A stretch of DNA of 63,977 bases, filler included, from Choristocarpus tenellus KU-1152 (GCA_964200185.2; 9 parts of 9 records of this genome joined end to end with filler, not necessarily neighbours in it), one strand, 5' to 3'; shown: positions 26,538-40,504, numbered from the whole stretch's first letter. Made by a program: numbers and translations. The notes: a model not told the origin generated them from the letters alone.

Positions 26538-26718
26538 GACTCAAAGTATCTGGGAGGGGGTGGCAGCTGTCCATTTGGGGTCAATTTTTTCATGTCGCGA
26601 TTTTTGGGTGATTTGGTTGCATAATTCGATAATGAAAATACACTTTTCCTGATTTTGCCCCAAATGGATACCCTAGTGTAGACCCCCCCCCCCCCCCCCC
26701 CCCCAGCTACTTTGGGTC
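26538..26718 (-). mobile_element. MITE family B full copy
   Basis: GACTCAAAGTATCTGGG...CCCAGCTACTTTGGGTC. Confidence 0.88.
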
Positions 26719-26849
26719 AACACTGTCGATATACCCTGGGTGTAAGGCANNNNNNNNNNNNNNNNNNNNNNNNNNNNNNNNNNNNNNNNNNNNTTAATTA
26801 ATTAANNNNNNNNNNNNNNNNNNNNNNNNNNNNNNNNNNNNNNNNNNNN

Positions 26850-26947
26850 CCCAGATGGGTATCCTGGCTATGATGGTGCACGAGGAGCTCTCCAACCAGC
26901 CCTACATCATCAACGACCTTGTGGGCGCCTCCTACTCTTTCAACTAG
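26850..26947 (+). CDS. Fucoxanthin-chlorophyll a/c binding protein (Lhcf/FCP), 3' end only
   Basis: QMGILAMMVHEELSNQPYIINDLVGASYSFN* matches helix 3 and the C-terminus of brown-algal FCPs; C-ending codon bias. Confidence 0.92.
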
Positions 26948-29900
26948 GCTTTTTACTAGGCTTTTTGGGTTTTAAGTGACATGCTCGCACTGGATTTAGA
27001 GAAGGTGTTAAAGCAAATTTTTGTACAGTAGAGAGATAAACATAATACAGAAATTGAAACCAACATATTCGTAAGTGCACACTCTCCTCTTTGTACTACG
27101 TATGCTCCACCATCTTTGGGAGTACTCAAAGGCATCTACATCCCTTTGTTGACATTTTGTGAAATTCATGATGATATTATGTTCGAGGAAGAACTTGAAA
27201 GTGCAGATTTGAATCGTTAGTGGGGGAGGGTCAAAAGGACTAGGATGGTGGATGCTAAGCTAAGGTTTGCATTTGAATTAGGGAACATGTTCCAGGTGAG
27301 AGAACACGCATTGATTCACTTGTTTCTTCAGTCAAGGTTAATTGCCACGTTTTTTGTATTGTGGATTGTTCGAGAAATTTTGAATGTCTCATTGAAATTG
27401 ATCGTAAATTCTTTACTATTTGGTTTCATTTTGGGTGAAGGTATGTTGATTTCTTTCAAGAGATAGGTGAGTCTCGTCATGTCAGCTGTGCAATGTATTT
27501 GAGTGTTTTGTCGGGTTGTGGTTTGAATATGTTTTACCGGAGTTGAAATATTTTTGAATTGACGTTCCTTGTAAACGGATGACAGCTGGTTCATGTCATA
27601 GCACTTGTTTGGTTCATGAGGTCACGATAGTTGCGCTCTGTGGTTTAACCTAGTGACTGAATCGTTTGTACCTCTGTTTTACTTTGCTAATACACGTTTG
27701 TGTTACTTCATAAATATTGCATCCATTTTTTTGTTAGGATATAGCAGTGTACTATGATAATCATTGGTGTCAATTCACTTCTTGAAGCTGTGTTTATTTG
27801 ATTTTTTTCATTACAGTATGGAAGGAAGATTTTCTTTTTTTGATTCGTGCGAGACTTGTTGCACTTATTGCTGGAATTGAAATGTCGATAAGGGACTGGT
27901 TGATTGTCATACCCCACGTCGATTAATCTATTGTTGGTTCATAGTATCATTTTTGGGAGGTATGCATTGTCGTTTGGTTCTCAATGGTGTTATTAGCACT
28001 TTTGGTACTGGAAATCATGGTATAGAACTGAAAAATATTTTTTTTAGGGTGTCATAGTTTTCATGTTAAAAGCCCAGCCGATGTAGACAGAATCTTGTTT
28101 CTGTGTGTGTGTGCGCTGGCCCGTGTGGTAGATAACTCACTGTGTTGCATTTTTGGTTATTTATGTAGGAGAAATTACTTACTTTCCAGAATCAGTACAA
28201 TATTTGTGTGATTGTGTTGCATGTAGTACATTTTCTCCCAATAAATCCACTCAGTGTTGCTGTCTGTAAAACCATATTGTTGGCAGCATGTTAAAATGGT
28301 AGAAGTGTAGAAGTGTAAGTAGGAGCAGCCTAATTCATTTGTCTCTACTATGTTTTTCTCTTAATTTATTGAAGGGTAGTATGTATCACATTGTACCACT
28401 CAATATCGCATCATTCCTCCCTATAAACTATATCACTTGTTCATATTCTGAATATTATCTCCTGTTTATTCTTTGTGTAGTTTTGATAGTCATAGTTCGA
28501 GTTGGTTTTATCCATCCATAGAGTTCCCATTTCAATATTTCCATCATTATCTCATGGTTACCGGCATTACTCCTGTTTTTGTTGTCCTTGATACGATTTG
28601 ATTGAATTTAACCACTACAAGTACTTGCAGAACTGTTAATTCCTCTAAAATCAGTGCACTACCTTGAATGATACTTCCAATATATTGTTTGTGGAAGGGC
28701 AAATTGTTGATCGTGTTCTACATATCACCTTGCAGAATTCAATATGTACGAAGTATTATCTATATTTCAACATCTCACTCTTGACTTCAATACGTCTACT
28801 TTTCAGCCTTCTTTAGCAATCTTCTTACAGAGAGATCAAAATCCCATGAAATCTGGAAGGTGTATCTTTCGACTTGGAATCTGGCGTCATCAGGGTAAAC
28901 TATGTCGGATTTCGCTGAGAGATTCTAGGTTGACTCATGATAGGTTTTTGCAAGAGCCCCATATAGAAGAATGAAAATCTGCTACATGTTACGCATTTGT
29001 AGCCTATCATGTGAGCTGTGTTCAAACTGATGACTATGAAGAAATTATAGATGGTTCACTGTTGTCGATACATCTTTTGTTAGGTTGGGAGTGTGTATTC
29101 ACTTGCAATGATGTAATATTTGTGTGCGGTAGTATGTAATGAGTATAGTGGTAATGTGATGTAGTGAAATATGTTGTAAGGTGTTAACACCTGCCACTAT
29201 CATGTGTTCTTTTTACAATCCTTTAGAGTTACGGTTTGGGTTTGGCAGTGGGTTGATAGGCTGGGTGGCTTATTGCTGACTGGATTGGCAAGTGCCTTCA
29301 TGCTGTCCCTGGTTGCTGTTTGCTTCCCAGCACTTTTCCTCTTCCTCTGTGTCATACATGCAAAGAGTCACTAACTAATGCCTGTGCTCGTGCTTTCTTC
29401 AGTGCTGCTTTCAGCCTTCAGCATTAATTACGCGGAGGAACGGTTAGCCGGGAGTCTCCCCTTCACCTAACGGTTAGCTAAATATTGCCAGCTATATAAA
29501 AAGTCCTCTATCGTTCAATCCAGGTATTTCAAGCATCTACGCCCCTCTAATCAAATCGAATTGTCCACCCACACTCTATTCAAGTGTTTATAATGGCAAA
29601 TTCTCGGCACACAGTGCTCTCCCCTCTTCTTCCTGGTGCAGTTTGGCGTTGATGAGGTTGTGAGGACATTGCGGTGATCCCTTGTGAGCAACTATGCATA
29701 TTGGGGTATTGCTGTTGACCTGTTTCTCAATTGTTGAGTACCTTGCAGGCTCGCCAATCTATGGAACATATGGGAACTACTCTGGTGGTCGGTGTTGCAA
29801 TGCCAGATGAGGCATCAAAAATAATACATCTGAAATGACGTAAGACACCTTCCTACATTGCCCACAGTGCTACGTTCCACCATCCTGTTGATTGAATAAC

Positions 29901-32386
29901 AGTATTATGATCCTCTGAATAATAATAAGACTTCGGATGAATGGGACGCGCTGCATCAATTCACGAGTTCGACCTCCATCCCTCTCCCTACTCTGAGGAT
30001 CAACACTTGACTTCCACTCTTTTATTATATGAAGGGAATTAGTGGGAACAATGTGCATGTCATTTGGTAGAATGCCTTGGGTCATGGAAACAGCTGCGTA
30101 AAATCCATCAATGGGTGCAGTACCACTCATTGACGTATGTGTTAATGCAAAGGAACTTAGTGAGAAAATTGATACAATTAATTGAGATAGTAATGTAGCC
30201 CAATTTGTTATAAATGCAGCGAGTCCTACAGAAATCACAAAAATTGTTTTCGACAAGGAACATCAAAGAGCAGAAACTATTCAAGAAAAAGATGTATTGA
30301 CAAGTAAGTGCATGGAGTGAGTATACCTTGGGTGGCTTGTTGCCATTGCTATCACCGCACACCTCAGTAGGTAGGGTACACATGCATGCAGGACTTTCTA
30401 CCATAATAGTAATAATAATACACATATGAAATGAAGTAGAACACATCTTGACGTTGTACAGGAAGTAGTGGAATATGGTGAAGCATATAATAGTATGATA
30501 CAAAAGTTACTGTTCAGCACTACCACGGTGCACAGACTGTGAATTGTCTGCTTTGAACCGTAATGTGTCTTGAGGGACAGTAATGTGCGGTAGTACTATC
30601 GTACCACTTAACACTTTCAAGATTCAGGAAGTAGAGAGGAGGCTACAGGGTGAACGTTTCCTCTTCGATGCTTCCACAACTAGGCTTATTATTCTATTGG
30701 TTAAATACTGCAATACGACAATGCTCCGTGCCCCCCCATCCAATCATCAAATCTTGTCCATCCTTTTCACTTTACATCACACAGAACCAACGTCTGTACC
30801 GCGCTTTTGCCTCTAAAACAGGCCAGCTCCGATACTTATCTCCTCCAAAAATGCAGTGGTGGTAATAGGAGTATTGTATTTTCTTTTTCTCTATGGGGTT
30901 CATGCTGCGACACCTTTACTGCCTTGGAGCTCCTGGGTACTCCATTACATATCAGTCGTGCGTTTATACCCAACATTTTTTCTTTGTGCAATATGGAGAT
31001 TTGGTGCAGTTTTGATTGTAGTGCCGTCCAAGGTGTGCTCACATCAACTACGAGAGCAGTCGATGTCTTCATCACATGGAGTATCTATCATGAGCCGCAG
31101 CCATCTGTCTGTGTTGAGTAGGTGAGGTACCTACCAGGTTATTCTTCTTGTTGCATCGATTTGCACAAGAACAGTCACTCTGCCCCGGTCCATTCCATAT
31201 CTCAGGCAGATACTTACCAAATACGCCTGACAATATTTGATGACATCAATCTCAAGGAAATGAGATAAAAATGAGATAATATTGGGCATGCTCACACACC
31301 CTTCAAACCACAAGCACCAGGCGGGGCAACTACAGTGTCACTCCGCAGTGGTCACATGCATGGAGCACTTTTGAAGGAAAGCGGGGGTTCATTACCTGCC
31401 AACAGTCTGAAGTATACATCATCACGTGCATACTGACAAAATGACAACACCTGCATCATCTACAAAATAGTCCTACAACTAACAGTGAATCCCATTCCTT
31501 CCAAGCAGAACATATATGTACACCTTAGAGAAATACTAGTACATGAAGAAAAGGCTTGTAGGCACATCAAGAACAAACAGAGCCAATCTGTACGTACATA
31601 AATAGATGCGAATATTTTCCCCTGCAATCTCTCTCCACTCTTGACCTTCACACCCTCAGTCCTCCACAGCACTACCCCATGTAATTCATTGCCATTAAAA
31701 AGAGAATATAACAAAAAAAGGTGACCACAACCACTAACCTATCCCCCCCCACCCTCCCAAGCACACTCTTGCCTTACGCAGTACCAAGTCTAGGTAAGAT
31801 GCAGTGGAAGCAAAGGAGGCAAGAACCGAGAGCATACTCTATAAAAGCTAAACTCAACCAAGCAATTTGGACTCTCATCCCAGTGTCTGAATACAAAAAT
31901 CAATTCATCGACCCTTGGCAAGTGGCAGCTCCGCAGTGGCAAGGCAACTGCCCGTCCTCACGCTCAAATTTATAGTCGTATGTAATCTGCCCAGAGTAGG
32001 GTGATTGTGAGGAATGGGGTGGGGGTGGTGGGGGGTGGAGGGTGTGCCACCATGTTTATACAAGTCAAAGGCAATCACGNNNNNNNNNNNNNNNNNNNNN
32101 NNNNNNNNNNNNNNNNNNNNNNNTTAATTAATTAANNNNNNNNNNNNNNNNNNNNNNNNNNNNNNNNNNNNNNNNNNNNCCATCTACCTGCTCCTGTGCC
32201 CCGAGGGGGGGAGCTAGGGAAGCGTCCCAAGAATCCAACAGACCCCTCCGTCCGTGCCCATCTCCCTGGTGACTCTAGTTTGAAGCGCATGACAAGTCGA
32301 GACAATGCCACTTGCGAACAAAACCACTACCAGTTACTTCACCACTATCAATATTGGACTACTGTCTTCCTGTGAATCTCAAATCG

Positions 32387-33265
32387 TATCGAGATCTGTC
32401 TCACCCTTCAAGTTCCTAACATCCATACTACTACATACCGCACCACAACTACAAAATAATCTCGTACGTCACTGTAAGACCAATAGCCCTGAACGTTAGA
32501 GCAAATATCAACAATAAATCTGACGTCAACAGTATAATAGGAGATCAATTACGTACTAATCACATTATAGTTGAAGCGGCAACAAGTCGTTTACTGGTTC
32601 TTCTACACACTTGCACGTCACCTGACAGAACATAATAATAAAATAGTTCTATTTGATTTTCACCCCTCAATTCCAAGTTGTTAAATAATATAATCTCAAA
32701 CCGTATTTCATTTTTACGCCCTCTTACATTTTGTCGATCTCAACCATATTTTTATATTATTATGCCCTCTAACATTTTGCAGATGTGTCAGGGGAAAAAC
32801 ATCTGCAAAATGTCAGAGGGCATAATAATATATAATATATATGTATATAAAATGTCTCAACCATATATCTCAACCATATTATATTATTATGCACCCTGAC
32901 ATTTTGCTATGTCTCAACCATATCGTATATAGTTTTTATTGGTTTTTTCCCCCTGACACATCTGCAATATGTCAGAGGGCATAATAATAAAAAATAGAAT
33001 ATCGAGATCTGTCTCACACTTCAAGTTGCTAACATCCATACTACTACTATACCACACTCCACACCACAACATATAACAAAATGATCTCGTACGTCACTGT
33101 AAGACCAATAGCCTAAAACGATAGATTAAATAGGAACAAAACTTCTGATGTCAACAGTATCTGAAGAGATCAATCACGTACTTGGAAGTACTGTTATTAG
33201 TATTATGGTCGAAGCAGCAACAAGTCGTTTACTGGTTCTTCTCCATACAGACACGTCATCTGACA
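32387..33265 (+). repeat. Diverged ~250-bp direct repeat pair (32387-32630, 33000-33265)
   Basis: Both copies carry tatcgagatctgtctcac, ctcgtacgtcactgtaagaccaatagcc and caacaagtcgtttactggttcttct. Confidence 0.9.
32748..32995. mobile_element. Foldback/MITE-like element with ~50-bp inverted termini and an internal hairpin
   Basis: tattattatgccctctaacattttgcagatgtgtcaggggaaaaac is inverted at 32942-32992 and partly at 32799-32832; degenerate copy at ~37140-37195. Confidence 0.8.
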
Positions 33266-33346
33266 ACAACCTAACTGCCTCTCCTACAGACATACCACTC
33301 AAACCACGAAGATCATGGTCAACTCATTATGTATTGGGTAGTTCAG

Positions 33347-34483
33347 ATGGTGCGCTTTAATTGTCAGGGGATGGCTGAAAGCTGCCTATCGAGTGATGAT
33401 CATGTGCTTCAACACATAATCCTGTTTGCCTCCACCTACGAGTACTTATTCGTTGCAGGAGTATCACGAAAGTGGAGAGCGGTCTGGGACAGCGGGATTC
33501 GACCCTCAAGAACTGGTATTAGTGCCGCTACGGAGTCGCCATCTCGCTTGTCTTGGGCTAAGGATTACGGTTGTCCCTGGAAATTTGTTGTATGTGCCAA
33601 GGCTGCTGAAGGGGGTAACCTCGAGGCTCTTGCTTTTGCCAGAGCAAACTCCTGTCCCTGGGATGGACAAACTTGCGCTTCGGCCGCTAGAGGGGGGCGC
33701 CTAGACGTCTTGAAGTGGGCGAAAGCAAATGGCTGCCCCTGGGATTCGTCGACATGCGCCAATGCCGTGTATTGGGGTCATCTAGATGTGTTGAAGTGGG
33801 CCAGGGCCAATGGATGTGAATGGAGTGCGGAAACCTCCTTGTATGCTGCACTCGGAGGTCAAATGGATACCTTAATGTGGGCCAAGGAGAACGGGTGCCC
33901 GTGGCATGAATACACTTCCTATGCAATCGCCAGATGGGGAGACTTGAAGATGATGAAATGGGCGAGAGCGAATGGTTGCCCTTGGACAACGTGGACTTGT
34001 GCCTATGCCGCAGAAGGGGGTCACTTGGAAGTGTTGAAGTGGGCCAGGGCCAACGGCTGCCCGTGGTGTGAAAATACCTGCCTTTTTGCCGCAACAACGG
34101 GACATTTGCACATCTTGAAGTGGGCCAGAGCTAATGGCTGCCCTTGGGATGCCACCACCTGCAATATAGCAGCGCACAGGGGCCATATGGATGTCCTGAT
34201 TTGGGCCAGTGCTAATGGCTGCCCTTGGAACGAGGGTACGTCTGCCTCTGTTGCAAAAAGAGGGCGTCTTGACATATTGAAATGGGCCAGGGCCAATCAC
34301 AACTGCCCGTGGGACAAGTGGACCTGTGCTGAGGCAGCTGCGGGAGGGCACTTGGACATTCTAAAGTGGGCAAGGGCCAATGGGTGCCCATGGGACGAGT
34401 GGACTAGCATCATGTCTGCTGGAGGACAGCCAGAGACATTCGAGTGGGCCAACGCCAACGGATGCCCACAGTATGAGGGATAG
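33347..34483 (+). CDS. Intronless ankyrin-repeat protein of the giant-virus 'W-A-R-A-N-G-C-P-W' type
   Basis: About 11 tandem ~25-aa repeats TCAxAAxGGHLDxLKWARANGCPW after an F-box-like N-terminus (YLFVAGVSRKWR); single open frame. Confidence 0.92.
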   Translation: MVRFNCQGMAESCLSSDDHVLQHIILFASTYEYLFVAGVSRKWRAVWDSGIRPSRTGISAATESPSRLSWAKDYGCPWKFVVCAKAAEGGNLEALAFARANSCPWDGQTCASAARGGRLDVLKWAKANGCPWDSSTCANAVYWGHLDVLKWARANGCEWSAETSLYAALGGQMDTLMWAKENGCPWHEYTSYAIARWGDLKMMKWARANGCPWTTWTCAYAAEGGHLEVLKWARANGCPWCENTCLFAATTGHLHILKWARANGCPWDATTCNIAAHRGHMDVLIWASANGCPWNEGTSASVAKRGRLDILKWARANHNCPWDKWTCAEAAAGGHLDILKWARANGCPWDEWTSIMSAGGQPETFEWANANGCPQYEG

Positions 34484-37359
34484 GTAAACTTCCGGTAGAC
34501 CCGTGTAAGGCTTCCACTCGCATGATATATGTGTCCGCTATGACTTATTTAGTGCAAGGCTTTTCTCCTACGTGCTGACTTTCATTAGTCAGTACAATTG
34601 TGTCTTCACTGTAGATTAGACGAAATGGTTCCAAACACACAGACATTTTATTCAATGCATGGAGTCAACAAACTTGTTTTGCCAGGAGAAGCTGGTCGGG
34701 AATAGGTTGTACATTTTAGCTTGCCAAACGGGCTTAGTTTGACTTGCCAATGGATGATCCCGTTGTAGTGTACAGTTGTATGGGGTGTACGCGCATTTTT
34801 TCCCTCTCTCGATGTGATCAAACACATGTCACCTGCCGTGATTTCTTTTGAGCTGCTAACGCTTGAGAGAAAATCATGATTCACTTTCGTGTATGCTTGA
34901 AGTTGTGGATAAGTTAGAGATAGGGTTTTGGGAGGGGTATTTTTTCCTGAAGAACACTCATGTTCCTTTTCACCCTGTGACTGCTGCTGTGGCCACACTT
35001 TAGCTGTAACATATTTCCCGACTGTTAACGTTTTCAGGGGAATGAGAGCTGACTTCTTGTTGTGGGGAGTACATTGCTGGTCTAGAAAGATTGCATAATA
35101 CGTCGGTAACAACAGTAAGGTTGTATCGATTTTTTGCGTCTACTTTTCTTATTCATGCCAAGATTGAGAGTGTAATATACACAATTGAAAAGGCAACACA
35201 CACATGCCGTCCATTTACCCTTCAACTTCTCCTACCCCCTCAAGCTTTGTTTTACCAGTTTTTTGTTGTTTTTGGGTCAGGGCCTGGATTTGGGTTCGTT
35301 AACTCTGTCGGATTTATGCAGGGATGTCACGAGGGTTTCTTTCTTTAGTAGTCCTTTGGAACAACATCACAAAATTTGAAAGGAAATGCACATAGTACCC
35401 CTGTACATATTTCATCTGTCTCCATGATTGAGTAGTGTTCAAGTAGAACTTGCGTTCAAACCTCGATAGGATTGATGCCCAATTCCAAGTTATAGGTACA
35501 ATCTTAGCCATTTTGGTGAGTTAATTTGTCATTTCTATACTACTATGCATGGAACACGCTCCATGCCTTTCATTTTCAAAAGGTTTGACCAAGCTAATTT
35601 TCTCTTGATTGATATATTTTTCAAGGTGTGTAAAGTCCTAGCTTAAATCATTACCAATAGATCCTGCAGTAATGTACAGGTTGTGTATGTGGTGGACGTT
35701 TCCTAGTGTAGTATTTCACACACAAGTCATAGTGTCCACGAACCAGGAACTCTGTCGACTTCAGAAGCAATCAAGTGACACAACCAAGGAACAACATCGA
35801 TGAGTGTAAAGGACTGCAACATATGTTACGTTACTTGCTACTGCCTGCCTCCCTCACGGAGTCATTCCAACAGTAAGGTACTATCTGGACCAATAGAACC
35901 GATATATATATATATATGTGGTCTATGTATGACGTCAATTTGCAACTGGTATCGTGGATATTCTTGTCCCTTCCCGTTCAACGCTCACATCACTCCACTT
36001 TTATAAAAATATCATTTCAAAATTATTCCACTGCAAACACCTTGTATAATAATAAGAGGCTCAAAATCGTGAATGGAAACAAAGTATTTGGACTGCCACA
36101 CAACAACAGCAATTGACAACTAATAATATGACCACTACAACAACAACAACATGCTGCTTGGAAGGCTCTGAAAACATCATCAAGTATTAAGCTAAACACA
36201 ACNNNNNNNNNNNNNNNNNNNNNNNNNNNNNNNNNNNNNNNNNNNNTTAATTAATTAANNNNNNNNNNNNNNNNNNNNNNNNNNNNNNNNNNNNNNNNNN
36301 NNGTCAAGTAGTAGCGGGATAAGACCACGTAAATGGCATCACCTAAAACAAAGTTACTCTAGGTGGGGCCCCTCATGGACTGGGGGGATGTCTTCCCTTG
36401 GGGCGCTCTACACCACACTTGGAGCTCGGGGAGGTATGGGCATGTTTCTGTAATTTGTACTATTAATACGATATGTACCATTGCTCCCCCAAAGCCTGAG
36501 GACAGATGATGGCAGGCTCACACTCTCCTTTCAACGTGGAGTAATGGAGGTTTGGATGATGTTGTCCACACCACCTATCAAACACCTCAAGGGTGACGTC
36601 TGGAGAGGGGGTATATTTCACTTCTTGGGGTTATTTTTCCCACTCAGGTTGTGGTAGGTTTGCAAAAATGCGTGTGAAGAAGTGAAAAAAAAAGATAAGG
36701 GGGGGATCTTGACGATAGAGGGTCTCTCCTGTATACTGCAATGGTACAACACAGCACTGCTGTGTCGGACTGAGTGAGGTGTACAAATGATAGTCTAGAA
36801 TCAAGTCCCAAGGATTTGTCAGTTCGCCGTTGTCTGCTGCACTGTTTGCGTGGTTGGTGGAATGGGAACTGAGGTAAAGCCAGTCAGAGATGAACCGAAG
36901 AAGATGTAAAACCTACAACATGGTTGGGTTGACAATACTGAATAATAGTAAGAAGAGATCAAACTTATTCTTAGGGTGTAAGATTTAAGTAGAAGAATAT
37001 GGATATGGTATACTTTTGGAGGAGTTAGGATGGATACGATACGATTCTTTTTGGAAGAATATTGAGAAATCTCATACATATTTCACATTTACAAATGTCA
37101 CTTTTACAGTTACCGGAGTTCTTACGACAATCAAGTGACTTTTCCCCTAACACATCTGTAAAATGTTAAACGATACAAGAATATATTATATATACATATT
37201 TGAATAGAATAGGCAAGCGATAAGGGATGAGGGAAAGGTATGAGATTATAAAATGACTCTTGAAATAGTTGAGATGTTACACTTTTGGAGGAATAGAACT
37301 GTATATTGGATATGACAGTTGGAAGAATTTAGAAGTATCGAATACATTCTAAAAGAGGC

Positions 37360-37860
37360 GAGTTATGGTGTAAGTTCAAACAAAAAATTTGAAGAAATTG
37401 TATTACAGAATGCTCAGTTATGGTGCAAGTTCATATAATGAATCTCAAAGAAATAATCTCGAAGAACGTCTAGACAGTTCAACATAGAAGTAGAAGAAGT
37501 CTAGGATCAAACAGTCCAAAGGGTTCGACCCATTTCGTGTTGAGAGGGACAACGCGAGTGATGAGTCGATGGTATAAGTTACGGAATGAGTATTACAGAA
37601 GTTATCTTCGAAAATGTATAGACATTTGAAAATACACAAAATACAAGCATTAACACAATGGAAGGGGTTGTAGCGTTGTATGACAATCGTTGACGTTATG
37701 GTGTAAGTTCATGTTATGAATCTTGAAGTTGTCTCAAAGATTCTAGACGTTTCAATGTACTAGCGTAAGTTATGGGATTGCACATTACAAGGAAGTGAAC
37801 CGTTGAATCACCAGTAGCGAACGTGAGGTGAGGAATGACGCGATGGTGTAAGTTCATCCA
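37360..37860. repeat. Cluster of about five (GTT/G)ATGGTGTAAGTTCA motifs within a degenerate ~280-bp duplication
   Basis: Motif at ~37362, 37417, 37568, 37696, 37842; 37418-37490 resembles 37697-37760. Confidence 0.6.
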
Positions 37861-40504
37861 CCTACTCTTCAATCGATTGTGTCAAAATAATGTTTATGTA
37901 TTTGAACGTCATATTGTTGTACAGTGTGGGATAATGCTAAACATAAGGGGTTACTGGCTGTCCGTATCACAAGTGGGTAGTGATGACGAGAAGTATTTGA
38001 TTCAAGTACAAGGGAATCTAGATCCGAACGACGCCTGACAAAAACCTCCCCAATAATACTAAACCCACCACTCTTCTAACCCCAAAATGCCGAGTATGAC
38101 CAATAACAACATCAACAACGGAAAGCACAGGTTGGTCAGGTTGCTGGTCCTCACTTACTTGATGGATGGAGAAATCGCAGAAAATGGGGGGAGGAACCAA
38201 GCTCGGGTCAGGTGACATACCAAGCACAAAGTGTTGCAGTAGTAGTGTGCAGATATTTTTTTTTGACTTAGGCACTACTTTTGGGGGACATCTTTATTCC
38301 GTTTTTGTGGGATAGAAAGATGTTATGCAGGTTTATTTACCTCTATGTGTTGGTTGTGTCCGCGCTGAAACACTGAACTCAAGAGTCAACGACAACCATA
38401 CACCCACGCAGCAACAAGATCCTTTCGGCTTTCTACACCTTGAACAACAATACACTTTCTTCATATATATAAACATCATGTATACATATTTTAACAGCTC
38501 GTGTTAAAATTTTGCTTCATGTTATACATGTGCTGTACTGGAGTAAGGGCATTACATACTTTGTGTGCACACGTTTTGTACTGTAGTGTTGTGGGCACTA
38601 CTAATACATGCGTGGTGCTGTGTATATCCTTCTCCAGTGTTCAAAACACAATAACATAGTGTCGATAAGCATTTACTTGGTTCAAGGTGCGCAATGTTCC
38701 GTATCCATCAAGTACTCAACGAGATGATGTTCTTTTCTTTGATCACATGCGAACTGGATGGTATCCACAACTCCGCCCTCTCTCTAGTCCGATCATTTCC
38801 CCCCACATTTTCGCACATCTTGAACAACACTTCATTCTTACAATTACTAAATGTTTTACACGACAGATGAACCAGAGACTTGTGCGTACTCCACAGGTTT
38901 ATACGTGTTCTGAACAAGAATGCTACAGACGCTACAGAGTGTTACATAAAGTGTAATGATCGCTATGATCTGAACACAAACAAACGCACACACACCTAAG
39001 AAGTCTGAGGAAAAAAAGAAGCAAACAGTTCTTCCAGCTGGCCTCCAGTCAGGGATTAAGGAGAGTCTATTGACCTTTGAGGAAGCAACCTATTCTCGTG
39101 CATTCATTTTACTACATATTATATATTATCTTCCCCCACAAAATCACTAATAACGTAAAAAAATTTAAGTCTCACATCTTGTTCAGTATAGCAATAGGTT
39201 CATTCATATTGTATCAAGAACTCTTGATTCCACCTCAATCATATCGACATTGTGATACCAAATCGTAGGTCAGCACCCTCCCACTCAACCACAGCACCAC
39301 CCTCCCCATCTCACCACCCAACTCCCACTGTACGATACTATGTCAAAGTCTGCAATATCACAAATGCAAAGCAACACACCTAGACGGTTCTTGGTCTAGC
39401 AAGCACCTGGCATGTAGCCTGCGACATTTGCACAATAGAAGCTCAGCACCTCTCCTTTTCAACAGGCAAATCAAAATGCTCTCTCTTTTGCTCTGCCTGG
39501 CGGCAAGTAGTGGTGCAGATAATACCCCATTTCAAACATTCATTATTTTATAACACACACACACACACACACAATCACAATCCATACACAATAATATATC
39601 ATACACATCCTCATCCTTCATGCAGTACAAATGCCAGCCTAGCCCTTCATCACCACTCCAATATGCATTTTCATCTCCCTTCCTCGTTTTGAAAAATAAA
39701 AATAAAACATAGTGGTGCAAAAGACAAAGACAATACCATGTATCATTGCATCAAACGAGCCCCCACCCCCCTCCCCCCACCCTTGCCTCCCACAAGTACC
39801 TACCATGAAAACAAACTCTATCCCACTTGGGGGCACCAGTAAGGTCAACCCACAGAAGAATGCCACATCCCAATGTGAGGAAGAATCTAAATAAAATAGA
39901 GCACCACAGGAAATACTTCAATATGCTAAAGGAAGGAACATAATTGTGCACAGAAAAAAAAATACAAAGACAAAAAAAGCAAGAAATAAAGACCACACCA
40001 CAATAACCTCAGCTCCTTAGTGCAAAATCTTCAAAGTCAAACACCTAAGCCTGGACGCCTTCCCCCTTACTCCCACAAACTTGAACTCTCACTCCCCCAC
40101 ACAGCTTACAGATAATAAAGCTCTCTTACCATTAAAAGGTGATGAACCACTCTTATCAAGATCGCACACTCCCTATCGGTCGATACACCTCCCTATGTAT
40201 CCACAACACCACAAGAACAAACGCCTCTACAACAGCAGTGGCACCATCGATACCAGTGATCAATATCATACCCTACTTGCAACTACCTTCTTCCCTAAGC
40301 ATTTCCAACCTCGAACAACAGAATCTCAACTCAAATCAACATCTTCTTGCTCGTACAAACTTCAAGTTAAAAAAAAAAATCATCCGACACTCACTTTTTC
40401 CAAACACTGCTCCTCGCATCAGTCCCATCAGAACTCCCTTCCACTAAACAACACGCCTCCCCGGGGTCTTTCCGTCTCCTCTACTACTTGAATCCTCTTG
40501 TTAC

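Noticed and set aside
33426-34351. Overlapping and antisense ORFs on the ankyrin gene (likewise on the FNIP gene)
   Set aside because: Shadow frames of a repetitive coding sequence
37360-37860. CRISPR-like array
   Set aside because: Repeats are short, degenerate and unevenly spaced; eukaryotic context with no cas genes
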